DNA of 64,000 nt from an uncultured Armatimonadetes bacterium (lineage in GTDB: Bacteria > Armatimonadota > Hebobacteria > Hebobacterales > Hebobacteraceae). Shown here in pieces: positions 27,711 through 37,708 of this stretch. The stretch lies in the NCBI GenBank assembly GCA_963716175.1, contig OY970296.1, forward strand, positions 1,760,001 through 1,824,000, given 5' to 3'. Made by a program: the position numbers and the translations under genes. Below the pieces are notes generated by a model. That model saw only the letters and a program-made list of their open reading frames with translations, did not search any database and was not told the origin of the DNA. The number at the start of each line of letters is the position of its first letter. Position 1 is the first letter of the stretch.

Positions 27711-30700
27711 ATGTCGGTACTCTCTGCGATTTTCGATTCCACCAGGCGAGACCTGCGGCGAGCGCGCGCGCTGGCCGAGGAGATCAGCGCGCTGTCCCCG
27801 ACCATGGAGGCCCTCACGGACGAGCAGATGAGGGCCAAGACGGATGAGTTCCGCGACCGGCTCGCCCGCGGCGTGGCGCTCGACGACTTGCTGGTGGAGG
27901 CCTACGCTCTGGTGCGGGAGGCCACCTGGCGGGTGCTGGGGAAGCGCCAGGTCCGGTTTCGCGTCTCCCGGCCCGGCCGGGCCCTGCCGGAGGAGGCGGT
28001 GGTGCCGCCGGGCGAGGCGGAGGCCTTCGAGGAGGAGCTGCGGCGGCAGCACCTCAGCTACGAGCGGGAGCGGTTCATGGCCCACTTCGATGTGCAGATG
28101 ATGGGCGCGATCGTGCTGCACTGGGGCCGAATCGCGGAGATGAGGACAGGTGAAGGCAAGACCCAGGTGGCGGTGCCAGCGCTCTATCTCAACGCGCTCG
28201 AGGGCAGGGGCGCCCATCTGCTCACCCACAATGATTACCTGGCGAAACGCGACCGGGACTGGATGGGCCCCATCTACGAGTTCCTGGGGCTGACGGTAGG
28301 CGTGATCCAGCACGACATGTCGGCGGAGGAGCGCCAGGACGCCTATCGCTGCGATGTCACCTACGCCACCAACCACGAGGTGGGGTTCGATTACCTGCGG
28401 GACAACACGGTGGACTATGCGGACTGGCTGGTGCTGGGCGATTTGCACTACGCCATCGTGGACGAGGCCGACAGCCTGCTGGTAGACGAGGCGCGCACCC
28501 CGCTGATCCTGGCGGGCCCGGGCACCAAGCCCACGGAGCTGTACCGCAAGGTGGATCGCGTGATCCCGCGGCTCACCCCTGACACGGACTACATCGTTGA
28601 CGAGAAGAGCAAGCTGGCCAATCTCACCGAGGATGGGGTTCGCAAGATCGAATCGCTGCTGGGGGTCTCGAACATCACCGACCCGGAGAACCTGGAGCTG
28701 TTCCAGCATGTGAACGCCGCCCTTCGCGCCCATGCCTGCTACCAGCGGGACAAGGACTACGTGGTGCGGGACGGCAAGGTGATCATCGTGGACGAGTTCA
28801 CCGGCCGGCTGATGTTCGGGCGGCGCTACAGCGAGGGGCTGCACCAGGCGATCGAGGCGAAAGAGAAGGTGCAGATCGAGCGGGAGAATGTGACCACCGC
28901 CACCATCACCCACCAGAACTTCTTCCGCCTCTACCACAAGCTGTCGGGGATGACGGGCACGGCGAAGACGGAGGAGGCGGAGTTCATCAAGGTCTACAAC
29001 GCGGGGGTGGTGGTGGTGCCGACGCATCGGCCCATGATCCGGGCGGACAATCCGGATGTGATCTACAAGACGGAGGAGGGGAAGCTCCACGGCATCACGG
29101 GCGAGATCCTCCAGCTCCAGAGCCTGGGCCGGCCCACGCTGGTGGGCACCAGGTCCATCGCGGTGTCGGAGCGGCTGAGCGAGCGGCTGAAGCCGGAGCG
29201 GCTGCAGGTGCTGGCGCAGTTGCTGCTCTTGGAGGACGCGCTGTTGCAGACTGAGCGGCTGAGCGGGGACGAGGGGCGGGAACTGCGCCGGGCGCTGCAG
29301 GGCCGGCTGAGCGAGGTGGACCGCGAGGTGCGCCACCTGGAGGAGGCGGTGGCGAAGTTCGACCACAGCGGGGCGCGGCTGGCGCAGCCGGAAGAGCTGA
29401 GGCGAATCGAGCAGCGGCTGGCCCGGACCAGCCGCTTCGGGGACGAGATTCGGGGTCTGATGGCGAAGCTGGAATCGAAGGAAGCCGCCAGCCGGTCGGA
29501 GATCAGGCGGATGGCCGAGATCATCTGCTATCAGCCGCTGGAGGAGGTGCCGTTGGGCCGGGCTGCGGCGCTGCTGCGCGCCTGCGGACGGGAGCCGGAT
29601 GTGACCAGGCCGGAGAACGCGCGGCGGCTGGCGCAGCTGATCGGCCTGGAAGAGCAGGAGCACGGGCGGCTGGCAGAGGTGCTGGACCGGGGCATTCCGC
29701 ACCGGGTGCTGAACGCCAAGTACCACGAGATGGAGGCGCACATCATCGCCCAGGCCGGCCGTTCCGGGGCCCTGACCATCGCCACCAACATGGCCGGCCG
29801 CGGCGTGGACATCCTGCTAGGCGGCAACTCGGAGGAGCTGGCCAACGACTTGCTGCGGGGGGAGGGCATAGACCCCAGCCAGGCGAGCGACGAGCAGCGG
29901 CAGGCGGCCCTGGCGCAGGCGCGAGAGACGTGCGCCCGCGACAAGGAGCAGGTGATCGCTCTGGGCGGGCTGCACATCCTGGGCACCGAGCGGCATGAGA
30001 GCCGCCGCATTGATAACCAGCTCCGGGGGCGGGCCGGCCGCCAGGGCGACCCCGGGTCTTCGCGGTTCTACGTGTCCTTCGAGGATGAGCTGATGCGCTT
30101 GTTCGGCCCGGAACGGCTGGATTTCTTCCTGGGCAAGTGGCCGGAGAACGAGCCGATCGAGCACAAGCTCACCAGCCGCATGATCGAGAACGCGCAGAAA
30201 AAAGTGGAGGCGCACAACTTCGAGATCCGCAGGCATCGGCTGCAGTATGATGATGTGATGAACACGCAGCGGGCGCTGATCTATGAGCAGCGCAGGCGGG
30301 TGCTGCTGGGAGAGGACCTGCGGGAGAGCGTGCTGGCGCACATGCGCGATTTCGTGGCGGCGCGGGCGAAGGAGTTCGCCAGCCCGGAGGTCCACCACGA
30401 GGACTGGAACCTGGAGGGCCTGCACGCGGCGTTGGCGGAGGTGTTCCCGATCCGCGCCAGTGTGGAGGAGATGCAGGAGGTCGCCCGGCACGAGGATTTG
30501 GTGCGCCTGCTCCAGGAGGACATCATCTCCGCCTACGAGGAGCGGGAGCAGGTGGCGGGCGCGGAGCAGATGCGGGAGCTGGACCGGCTGGTGACGCTGC
30601 GGGTGGTGAATGTGCGCTGGATAGACCACCTGGCGGCGATGGAGGACCTGGAGGAAGGCATCGGGCTGCGGGGCTACTCCGGGGTGGACCCGCTGATCCT

Positions 30701-31040
30701 CTATCGAAAAGAAAGCTACGACTACTGGCAGAACCTGCTGGGCACGGTTCGGGAGGATATCATCCGCTATCTCTTCCGGGTGGTGATCCGCCCGCAGGAG
30801 ACGGAGGAGCAGAGGCGAGCGGCGCTGGGGCTGGGGGCCACGCCTCAAGGGCAGCCGGTGGAGGCGGAAGACGAGGACCGGATGGCGGTGGCGGGTTCAC
30901 CGGTGGCCACGAAACCAGCCCAGACGCGCACCGCCACCCGGCGCGCAGCCGCGCGCACCGGCCGCAAAGTGGGCCGCAACGACCCCTGCCCGTGTGGGAG
31001 CGGGAAGAAGTACAAGAAGTGCTGTGGGGCGCGGGCCTGA
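27711..31040 (+). CDS. secA: Preprotein translocase SecA with two insertions and C-terminal SEC-C
   Basis: AEMRTGEGKT, VDEADSLLVDEARTPL, ATNMAGRGVDI, HESRRIDNQLRGRAGRQGD, GRNDPCPCGSGKKYKKCC. Confidence 0.97.
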   Translation: MSVLSAIFDSTRRDLRRARALAEEISALSPTMEALTDEQMRAKTDEFRDRLARGVALDDLLVEAYALVREATWRVLGKRQVRFRVSRPGRALPEEAVVPPGEAEAFEEELRRQHLSYERERFMAHFDVQMMGAIVLHWGRIAEMRTGEGKTQVAVPALYLNALEGRGAHLLTHNDYLAKRDRDWMGPIYEFLGLTVGVIQHDMSAEERQDAYRCDVTYATNHEVGFDYLRDNTVDYADWLVLGDLHYAIVDEADSLLVDEARTPLILAGPGTKPTELYRKVDRVIPRLTPDTDYIVDEKSKLANLTEDGVRKIESLLGVSNITDPENLELFQHVNAALRAHACYQRDKDYVVRDGKVIIVDEFTGRLMFGRRYSEGLHQAIEAKEKVQIERENVTTATITHQNFFRLYHKLSGMTGTAKTEEAEFIKVYNAGVVVVPTHRPMIRADNPDVIYKTEEGKLHGITGEILQLQSLGRPTLVGTRSIAVSERLSERLKPERLQVLAQLLLLEDALLQTERLSGDEGRELRRALQGRLSEVDREVRHLEEAVAKFDHSGARLAQPEELRRIEQRLARTSRFGDEIRGLMAKLESKEAASRSEIRRMAEIICYQPLEEVPLGRAAALLRACGREPDVTRPENARRLAQLIGLEEQEHGRLAEVLDRGIPHRVLNAKYHEMEAHIIAQAGRSGALTIATNMAGRGVDILLGGNSEELANDLLRGEGIDPSQASDEQRQAALAQARETCARDKEQVIALGGLHILGTERHESRRIDNQLRGRAGRQGDPGSSRFYVSFEDELMRLFGPERLDFFLGKWPENEPIEHKLTSRMIENAQKKVEAHNFEIRRHRLQYDDVMNTQRALIYEQRRRVLLGEDLRESVLAHMRDFVAARAKEFASPEVHHEDWNLEGLHAALAEVFPIRASVEEMQEVARHEDLVRLLQEDIISAYEEREQVAGAEQMRELDRLVTLRVVNVRWIDHLAAMEDLEEGIGLRGYSGVDPLILYRKESYDYWQNLLGTVREDIIRYLFRVVIRPQETEEQRRAALGLGATPQGQPVEAEDEDRMAVAGSPVATKPAQTRTATRRAAARTGRKVGRNDPCPCGSGKKYKKCCGARA

Positions 31041-31106
31041 CCACCCGAGGTCCCGGACTAGCTTCGGGCTGTCGCTCTCCCTCGGCCGCCCAAGCAAGAG
31101 CACGCG

Positions 31107-31937
31107 ATGCTCATTACCAGTCGCGCCAATGAGAAAGTGAAGCAGATCAAGCGCCTCTTCCGCCGGCGAGATTGGGAGGAGACAGGGCTTTTCTTCGCGG
31201 AAGGGTTTCAGCTCGTCTCCGAGGCCATCCAGATGGGGGCCGGGATCGAGAGTCTGATCGCGGCGCCTGAGCTGTTGGGCAAGGAAGAGACGGAGTTCGT
31301 CGAGCGGCACCGCGACATTCCTTCACTCCAGGTGACGGCGCAGGTGCTGCAGAGCATCTCGCCCAAGGACGCACACCAGGGGATGGCGGCGGTGGTGCGG
31401 CAGCGCTGGGAGCGAATGGAGGAGGTGCGGCCAGAGCGGGAAAGCTGCTGGGTGGCGCTGGACCGCATTCGGCATCCCGGCAGCCTGGGGACCATCCTGC
31501 GGGTGAGCGATGCGGTCGGCGGCGCGGGCGTGATCCTGGTCGGAGATTCCACTGACCCCTACGATCCCACCGCGGTGCGGGCCAGCCTGGGGGCGGTGTT
31601 CTCGCAGCGGCTGGTGAAGGCGAGCTTTGAGGAGTTCGCGGCCTGGAAGCGAGAGCACGGGGCCTTCGTGGTCGGCACCTCGCCCGCCGCCGCGACCGAT
31701 TACCGCGCCGTCTCCTATCCCAGGCCGGTGGTGCTGCTGCTGGGGAGCGAGCGGAGAGGATTGTCCGAGGAGGAGCAGGCGGTGTGCGATGTGGTGGTGC
31801 GCATCCCGATGGTGGGACGGGTGGACTCGCACCACGTGGCGGTGGCGGCGGCAGTAGTGCTGTACGAGATCCTCCATCAACGGCAGGCAGAGGCGCAGGA
31901 GGGAATCGGGCGCGCACTGACCGGGCGGAGCAGATAA
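31107..31937 (+). CDS. TrmH/SpoU-family RNA methyltransferase
   Basis: PGSLGTILR, LLGSERRGL, VRIPMVG. Confidence 0.9.
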   Translation: MLITSRANEKVKQIKRLFRRRDWEETGLFFAEGFQLVSEAIQMGAGIESLIAAPELLGKEETEFVERHRDIPSLQVTAQVLQSISPKDAHQGMAAVVRQRWERMEEVRPERESCWVALDRIRHPGSLGTILRVSDAVGGAGVILVGDSTDPYDPTAVRASLGAVFSQRLVKASFEEFAAWKREHGAFVVGTSPAAATDYRAVSYPRPVVLLLGSERRGLSEEEQAVCDVVVRIPMVGRVDSHHVAVAAAVVLYEILHQRQAEAQEGIGRALTGRSR

Positions 31938-31939
31938 AG

Positions 31940-32019
31940 GGGCAGGTCGCGTGGCTAGGCCCGCCTGCGGCGGGCCGTCACCCCGGCCGCTGTAAGCGGC
32001 CTAGGGGGACCTGCCCTAC
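31940..32019. repeat. REP carrying a 56-nt twin-hairpin module (31952-32007)
   Basis: Removing the module leaves GGGCAGGTCGCGGACCTGCCCTAC, the exact reverse complement of the REP at 47280-47303. Confidence 0.85.
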
Positions 32020-32047
32020 GGTTGACATTTCAGGGAGGTGATGTCGC

Positions 32048-33170
32048 GTGGCGGGCTTGCGTGAGCTGCGGGAGCGCGCAGAGCAGGCGCACAATCAAGC
32101 GCGGGAACTGAGGGATCGTCTTTGACCTGGCTCGCCGCGAGGCCGAGCTAAAGGAGCTGGAGGCGCGCGCGGCGGCGCCGGACATCTGGCAAGACCGGGC
32201 GGCCGCGGCCGCGCTGCACGCCGATATCAGTCGCCGGAAGCGCGACCTGGAGCCCGTGCAGCAGTTGCTGCGGGAGGCCGAGGACCTGGCGGTGCTGGCC
32301 CAGCTCGCCTTGGAGGAAGGGCTGGACGGGGAGGCGAGCGAGATCGAGGCCGGGCTGGCGCAGGTCGAGCGCCTGCTGGCGGAGCAGGAGCTGGCCCGGC
32401 TGTTCCAGGGGGAGTACGACTCCCACAACGCCCTGCTCTCGATCAACGCGGGCGCGGGGGGCACCGAATCCTGTGACTGGGTGGATATGCTGGCGCGGAT
32501 GTACGGCCGGTGGGCGGAGAGGCATGGCTATGGCTGGGAGGTGATAGATCGCACCCCCGGCGACTCGGCGGGAAGCCGGAGCATAACGGCGGCGATCACT
32601 GGTGATCATAGCTATGGGCGGCTGAAGGGGGAGCGCGGGGTGCATCGCCTGGTGCGGCTGTCGCCCTTCGACTCTGCCCATCGGCGCCACACCTCCTTCG
32701 CCTCGGTGGATGTGATCCCCGAGGTGGAGGAGGCGGATGAGGTCGAGGTCAGTGCCGAGGACCTGAAGATCGAGACCTACCGGGCGAGCAGCGCTGGCGG
32801 CCAGCACGTCAACAAGACGGACTCGGCGGTGCGCATCACTCACCTTCCCACCGGGATCGCGGCCCAGTCGCAGAATGAACGCTCTCAGCACCAGAACCGG
32901 GCCGCCGCGCTGCGGGTGCTGAAAGCCCGGCTGCTGGCGCAGAAGCGGGCCGAGCAGGAGCAGAAGCTGGCCGAGCTGCGCGGGGAGCAGACCGAGATCG
33001 CCTGGGGCCATCAGATCCGCTCCTATGTGCTGCATCCCTACCAGATGGTGAAGGATCACCGCACCGAGCACGAGACCGGGAGCGCGACGGCGGTGCTGGA
33101 GGGGGGGATTGATGAGTTTTTGGAGGCCTATCTCCGCTATGACCTCGCCAAGCGCGCGAGAGGGGGCTAA
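32048..33170 (+). CDS. prfB: Peptide chain release factor 2 with programmed +1 frameshift at CTT-TGA-C (32120-32126)
   Basis: GGAGGTG SD; 25-codon first ORF ending AGG GAT CGT CTT TGA; +1 frame contains SPF, GGQ and WGHQIRSYV. Confidence 0.95.
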
Positions 33171-33319
33171 CCAGGGAGCTCTGGGCACGGCGGCAAGTCT
33201 ATGTCGCACCACCTGTGGGGCCCAGAACTCCTCGGCCAAGCGCGCGAGAGGGCGCTAGCTAGTTTCGTGGTAGGAGTCGCTGGGTACACCGGTAGTGAGC
33301 GGCAGGGGGAGGGACTCGT

Positions 33320-34003
33320 ATGACTAGAGGCCTGTTGATGGCAGTCACCGCAACGCTGGGACCGGCGCTGATTTCCAGCGGTCTCTGGGCGGCGGGGTTG
33401 TGCAAAGTGACGGTGCCGCTGGACAGCCGGAATGCGCGGTTGGCTGAGTCCAACCTGGGGGACCTGGTGGCGGACGGCGCCCGCGCCGCGCTGAACGCCG
33501 ACCTGGCGCTGCTGCCGGCTAGCCAGCTCCGGGAGGAGGTGATCCCCGCGGGGGAGCTGGCCGAGCAGGCGCTGGAGGCGGCCTTACTCTATCCCGACGA
33601 GAATGTGGTGCTGGTCGAGACCACGGGGGAGAAGCTGAAGGCGGCGCTGGAACTCGGCCTGTCCGCACTCTCTCAGCCCAACCCCCAGCCCAGCCCCGCG
33701 TTCCTACAGGTGTCCGGTCTGACGGTCGAGTTCCGCTCGGCCAAGCCGGCCGGTGCGCGGGTGGAATCGGTGAAAGTGGGCAATGAGCCGCTGGCGCCTG
33801 GGAAAACCTACCGGGTGGCGGTCCCCAGCTCTCTGGCAAAGGGAGGAATGGGATACTTCCGGGTCTTCGACGGGCTCAAGCCCAAGCAGACCGGGCCCAG
33901 CCTCAGCCAAGCGGTGGTGAATTACGCGCGCGCCAGCCGAGTGGTGGCGATCACGGCCGGCCAGCGGCTGCGCGACCTGTCAACCCCTGCCCCGAAGGGC
34001 TAG
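33320..34003 (+). CDS. Secreted 5'-nucleotidase C-terminal domain protein
   Basis: ESNLGDLVADG, FLQVSGL, YRVAVPSSLAKGGMGY; no N-terminal metallophosphatase domain seen. Confidence 0.8.
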   Translation: MTRGLLMAVTATLGPALISSGLWAAGLCKVTVPLDSRNARLAESNLGDLVADGARAALNADLALLPASQLREEVIPAGELAEQALEAALLYPDENVVLVETTGEKLKAALELGLSALSQPNPQPSPAFLQVSGLTVEFRSAKPAGARVESVKVGNEPLAPGKTYRVAVPSSLAKGGMGYFRVFDGLKPKQTGPSLSQAVVNYARASRVVAITAGQRLRDLSTPAPKG

Positions 34004-34128
34004 CGCGGGACGATCTTCTCGTTGGATATCAGCTCGCTTCCGATCGCGGTGAGGCATGGCGGCCGCAGCCCCGATGGCGCTGCCGGGCTGGTTTGGGATA
34101 TAATGTCCGCGAGAACTGAGCCACCGCG

Positions 34129-36474
34129 ATGAAACCCGAGCGCAGCTTCCGCGATATCTTGTGGTGGGCCCTGCGCATCCTGAACCTGTCGCTGCTGATC
34201 CTGATCGCAAGCGGCGGGGGGCTGCTGCTGGGCACCTACTCGGCGGTCTCCAAGGTCATCCCGCGGGCGCGCGACCTGGGGGATATCCGCCCGGGCCGGG
34301 GGTGCCGGGTGCTCTCGGCAGAGGGGGAGCTGCTGGGCAGTGTCGCCACCGAAAACCGCGAGTTCGTCTCTCTGGAGCGGATCCCCGAGCACCTCCAAGA
34401 GGCGACAGTTGCCATTGAAGACAGGGAATTCTACCACCACATTGGGATAGATCCGCGCGGGATTGCCCGGGCCGCGGTGCATGACGTGTTGGCACTGGGA
34501 GTGCGGCAGGGCGGAAGCACCATCACCCAGCAGCTGGCGCGCAATGTCTATCTCACGCGCAGCAGGACACTGGCGCGCAAGCTGGCCGAGCTCGTGCTGG
34601 CGCTCCAGCTCGAGCGAGCCTACACCAAGCCGGAGATCCTGGAGCTCTACCTGAACCAGATCTACTTCGGGGAGGGCGCCTACGGGGTGCAGGTGGCGGC
34701 CAAGACTTACTTCGGGAAGGAGGTCTCGCAGCTCACGCTGGCCGAGTGCGCGCTGCTGGCCGGCCTGCCCAAGGCGCCGGAGCGCTATAGCCCCTTCGAG
34801 GACGAGCAGCGGGCGATTGACCGGCGCAACCTGGTGCTGGCGAAGATGCACGAGCAAGCCTACATCACCCCGAGCCAGGAGGAGCAGGCCCGGCAAGCGC
34901 CCCTGCGGCTGGTGAAAGAGCGCAAGCCGCTGGGGCTGAGCAGCTACCAGGCCCCCTACTTCACCAGCTATGTGCTGCGGGACTTGGCGGGCCGATATGG
35001 GCCGGATACGCTCTACAAGGGCGGGCTGACCATCCACACCACGCTCAACCTGGAGATGCAGCGGGCGGCGGAGGAGGCGGTGGCCTGGGGGATGGCGAGG
35101 GGGCGCTCGTTCAATGTCGGGAAGATGGCGCTGGTGGCGGTGGATGTGCGCAGTGGAGCGATCAAGGCCATGGTGGGGGGCCCGGACTGGAAGAAGAGCC
35201 AGTACAACAGCGCGGTGCAGGGCGGACGCCCGGCCGGCTCTTCCTTCAAGCCGTTCGTCTACACCACCGCGCTGGAGCAGGGATACACGCCGGATAGCAT
35301 TGTGGTGGACTCGCCGGTAAGCTATCCGGGCGCGGGCGGCAAGAGGTGGACCCCCAGGAACTACGAGGGAGGATACTGGGGGCGGATGACCTTCCGCAGG
35401 GCCCTCGCCTTCTCCCGGAACGTGCCGGCGATCAAGGTGGCCAACATGGTGGGGGTCGGATCGGTGATCGCCACTGCGGAGCGGATGGGCATCTATCACC
35501 CGATGCAGCCGGTACTGCCGCTGGCGATCGGCTACTGCGATGTGAGCCCCCTGGAGATGGCCTCCGCCTTTTCTGTATTTGCGAGCAGGGGCCTGCGGAC
35601 GGAGCCCTACGGCATCCGCAAAGTCGTGGACGCGCTGGGCCGCACGGTCTACGAGCACAAGGTGCAGAGCTGGCGGGTGCTGGACGAGCGCATCGCCGCC
35701 ACCATGGTGGATATGCTCTCGGATGTGATCAAGTATGGCACCGCGGCGGGGATCAAGAGCCAGCTCAAGTTCCAGGCAGCGGGGAAGACCGGGACCTCCA
35801 GTGACTACCGGGACGCCTGGTTCGTCGGGTTCACGAACGACCTGAGCGCGGCGGTATGGGCGGGAAACGACACTTTCATCTCCACCAAGCGCGTGGCCGG
35901 GGCGAAGATCCCAGCGCCGGTGTGGGCCCGGTTCATGGTGCAGGCGCAGCCGATCATGGCCTCGGCGCTGGCGAAAGAGCGGGAGCCGGTGGTGGAGATC
36001 AGCTCCGAGGACCAGGGCGTGCCGCAGCCGCCAAAGAAGCGGCCTTCCGCGCCGCGGGGGGAGAAGCAGGAGCAGGTGCCGGCCCAGGAAGAGACGCCTC
36101 CCAGCCGGTTCGTGACCAAGGACATCTGCCCCGTCTCCGGCCTGCTGCGGGGCCCGAACTGCCCGCCGCCGGTTCAGGTCACCTATGATATGGAGTCGGA
36201 TGACAGGCCGCCGACGAAGATGTGCGATGTTCACAACCCGCCGGGGCCCGCCGTGACCGGCGCCCCGGCCGGAGCGCGCCAGCCCGAGGCTGAGCCCGGG
36301 AGGCCCGCCTCCAAGCCGGCCCCGGAGAAGCATTACGTGACTCTGCCCATCTGCGTGCTCACCGGGAAGCTCGCCACGCCCTTCTGCCCGCTAGTCAAGA
36401 ACACGACCTTCGAGGTCGGCAAGGCGCCCACCGAGTCTTGCACCCGCCACGGAAGAAGGCCGCCGGGTCCCTGA
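34129..36474 (+). CDS. Class A penicillin-binding protein (PBP1A family)
   Basis: EDREFYHH, GGSTITQQL, SSFK, SRN, KTG; Cys-rich C-terminal repeats. Confidence 0.94.
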   Translation: MKPERSFRDILWWALRILNLSLLILIASGGGLLLGTYSAVSKVIPRARDLGDIRPGRGCRVLSAEGELLGSVATENREFVSLERIPEHLQEATVAIEDREFYHHIGIDPRGIARAAVHDVLALGVRQGGSTITQQLARNVYLTRSRTLARKLAELVLALQLERAYTKPEILELYLNQIYFGEGAYGVQVAAKTYFGKEVSQLTLAECALLAGLPKAPERYSPFEDEQRAIDRRNLVLAKMHEQAYITPSQEEQARQAPLRLVKERKPLGLSSYQAPYFTSYVLRDLAGRYGPDTLYKGGLTIHTTLNLEMQRAAEEAVAWGMARGRSFNVGKMALVAVDVRSGAIKAMVGGPDWKKSQYNSAVQGGRPAGSSFKPFVYTTALEQGYTPDSIVVDSPVSYPGAGGKRWTPRNYEGGYWGRMTFRRALAFSRNVPAIKVANMVGVGSVIATAERMGIYHPMQPVLPLAIGYCDVSPLEMASAFSVFASRGLRTEPYGIRKVVDALGRTVYEHKVQSWRVLDERIAATMVDMLSDVIKYGTAAGIKSQLKFQAAGKTGTSSDYRDAWFVGFTNDLSAAVWAGNDTFISTKRVAGAKIPAPVWARFMVQAQPIMASALAKEREPVVEISSEDQGVPQPPKKRPSAPRGEKQEQVPAQEETPPSRFVTKDICPVSGLLRGPNCPPPVQVTYDMESDDRPPTKMCDVHNPPGPAVTGAPAGARQPEAEPGRPASKPAPEKHYVTLPICVLTGKLATPFCPLVKNTTFEVGKAPTESCTRHGRRPPGP

Positions 36475-36568
36475 CGGGCCTTGTCCCAGCAAGGTGACAG
36501 GGGAACCGGTGCCCCAGCCGAAGCGCGGCGCGAAAGGGCCCTGACGCCTGACCTAGAGGTTACCTGAG

Positions 36569-37690
36569 ATGACACGCGCGTTCCGGATTGGCCGGGTTTT
36601 CAACATTGACATCGAGATTGACTACACCTGGTTCATCGTGTTCGTGATCGTGGCCGCGCTGCTCGCCACCGGATGGTTCGCGAAGTATCTCCCGCATGTT
36701 ACAGTAGGCCTGCGCTGGATAGTGGGGTTCATCGCCGCCATCCTGTTCTTCGTGAGTGTGCTGCTGCACGAGCTCTCGCACTCAGTGGTGGCCATCCGCA
36801 GCGGCATGAAGATCAGCGGCATCACCCTGTTCCTCTTCGGCGGGGTCTCGAAGATGACCGATGAGCCCAAGTCGGCGGGGGTGGAATTCCGCATGGCCAT
36901 CGCCGGTCCGGCCATGAGCATCCTGCTGGCGCTGATCTTCCTGGGCCTGGCGCGGGTGACGCGGGCGGGGCCCGGCGGGGAAGTCCTGGGCACGGTGTTC
37001 GCCTGGTTGGGGTGGATGAACGGGATGCTGGCGGTGTTCAACCTGCTGCCCGGCTTCCCTCTGGACGGTGGGAGAGTGCTGCGGGCCGGGATCTGGGGGG
37101 TCACTCACGATCTCACCGATGCCACCCGGGTCGCCTCCGCCTTCGGGCAAGGGCTGGGTTTCCTGCTGATCGTGGCCGGGGTAATCCTGTTCATCGGGCG
37201 GGACTTCGGGGGCCTGTGGCTGGCCTTCATCGGCTGGTTCCTGGTGCAGGCCGCGCAGCAGAGCTACCGGCAGTTGGTGCTGCGGCAGGCGTTGTTGGGG
37301 GTGCCGGTCTCCTCGGTGATGACGGCCCAGGTGGAGTGGGTGCCGGCGGAGGCCACCCTGGAGCAGGTGGTGCACGACCATGTGATGGTCCACAATCATC
37401 CGGCCTTCCCGGTACTGGAGAGCAGCCGCTTGCTGGGTCTGCTATCGCTGAGCGATATCAGGCACGTGCCGCGGGAGCGCTGGCCTTTCGTGACGGCCCG
37501 CGAGGCGGTCCCGGCGCTGACTGAGCTTCAGACCGTTTCCCCCTCTGCCGACGCCTGGGAGGCGCTGCTGAAGATGACCTCCGGGCACGCGGGGCGGCTG
37601 CTGGTGACCGAGGACGGCGCGCTGCGCGGCATCATCACCCGCACGGACGTGATGCACCTGATCCGGAGGCGGATGGAGCTGGGGGTGTAG
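36569..37690 (+). CDS. Site-2 protease (M50) with CBS pair
   Basis: HELSHS, FNLLPGFPLDGGR, C-terminal CBS domains. Confidence 0.92.
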   Translation: MTRAFRIGRVFNIDIEIDYTWFIVFVIVAALLATGWFAKYLPHVTVGLRWIVGFIAAILFFVSVLLHELSHSVVAIRSGMKISGITLFLFGGVSKMTDEPKSAGVEFRMAIAGPAMSILLALIFLGLARVTRAGPGGEVLGTVFAWLGWMNGMLAVFNLLPGFPLDGGRVLRAGIWGVTHDLTDATRVASAFGQGLGFLLIVAGVILFIGRDFGGLWLAFIGWFLVQAAQQSYRQLVLRQALLGVPVSSVMTAQVEWVPAEATLEQVVHDHVMVHNHPAFPVLESSRLLGLLSLSDIRHVPRERWPFVTAREAVPALTELQTVSPSADAWEALLKMTSGHAGRLLVTEDGALRGIITRTDVMHLIRRRMELGV

Positions 37691-37708
37691 TCAGCCTGTG
37701 CGATTCGG

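Noticed and set aside
29190-29690. Intein in SecA
   Set aside because: No N-terminal Cys/Ser block, no HN-[C/S/T] junction and no homing-endonuclease motifs.
32120-32126. prfB as a pseudogene
   Set aside because: CTT-TGA-C with an upstream SD-like sequence is the established programmed autoregulatory frameshift.
27618-36333. Long antisense ORFs (e.g. 27618-29741, 34000-36333)
   Set aside because: They are shadow ORFs opposite secA and PBP1A, expected at high GC, with no recognisable motifs.
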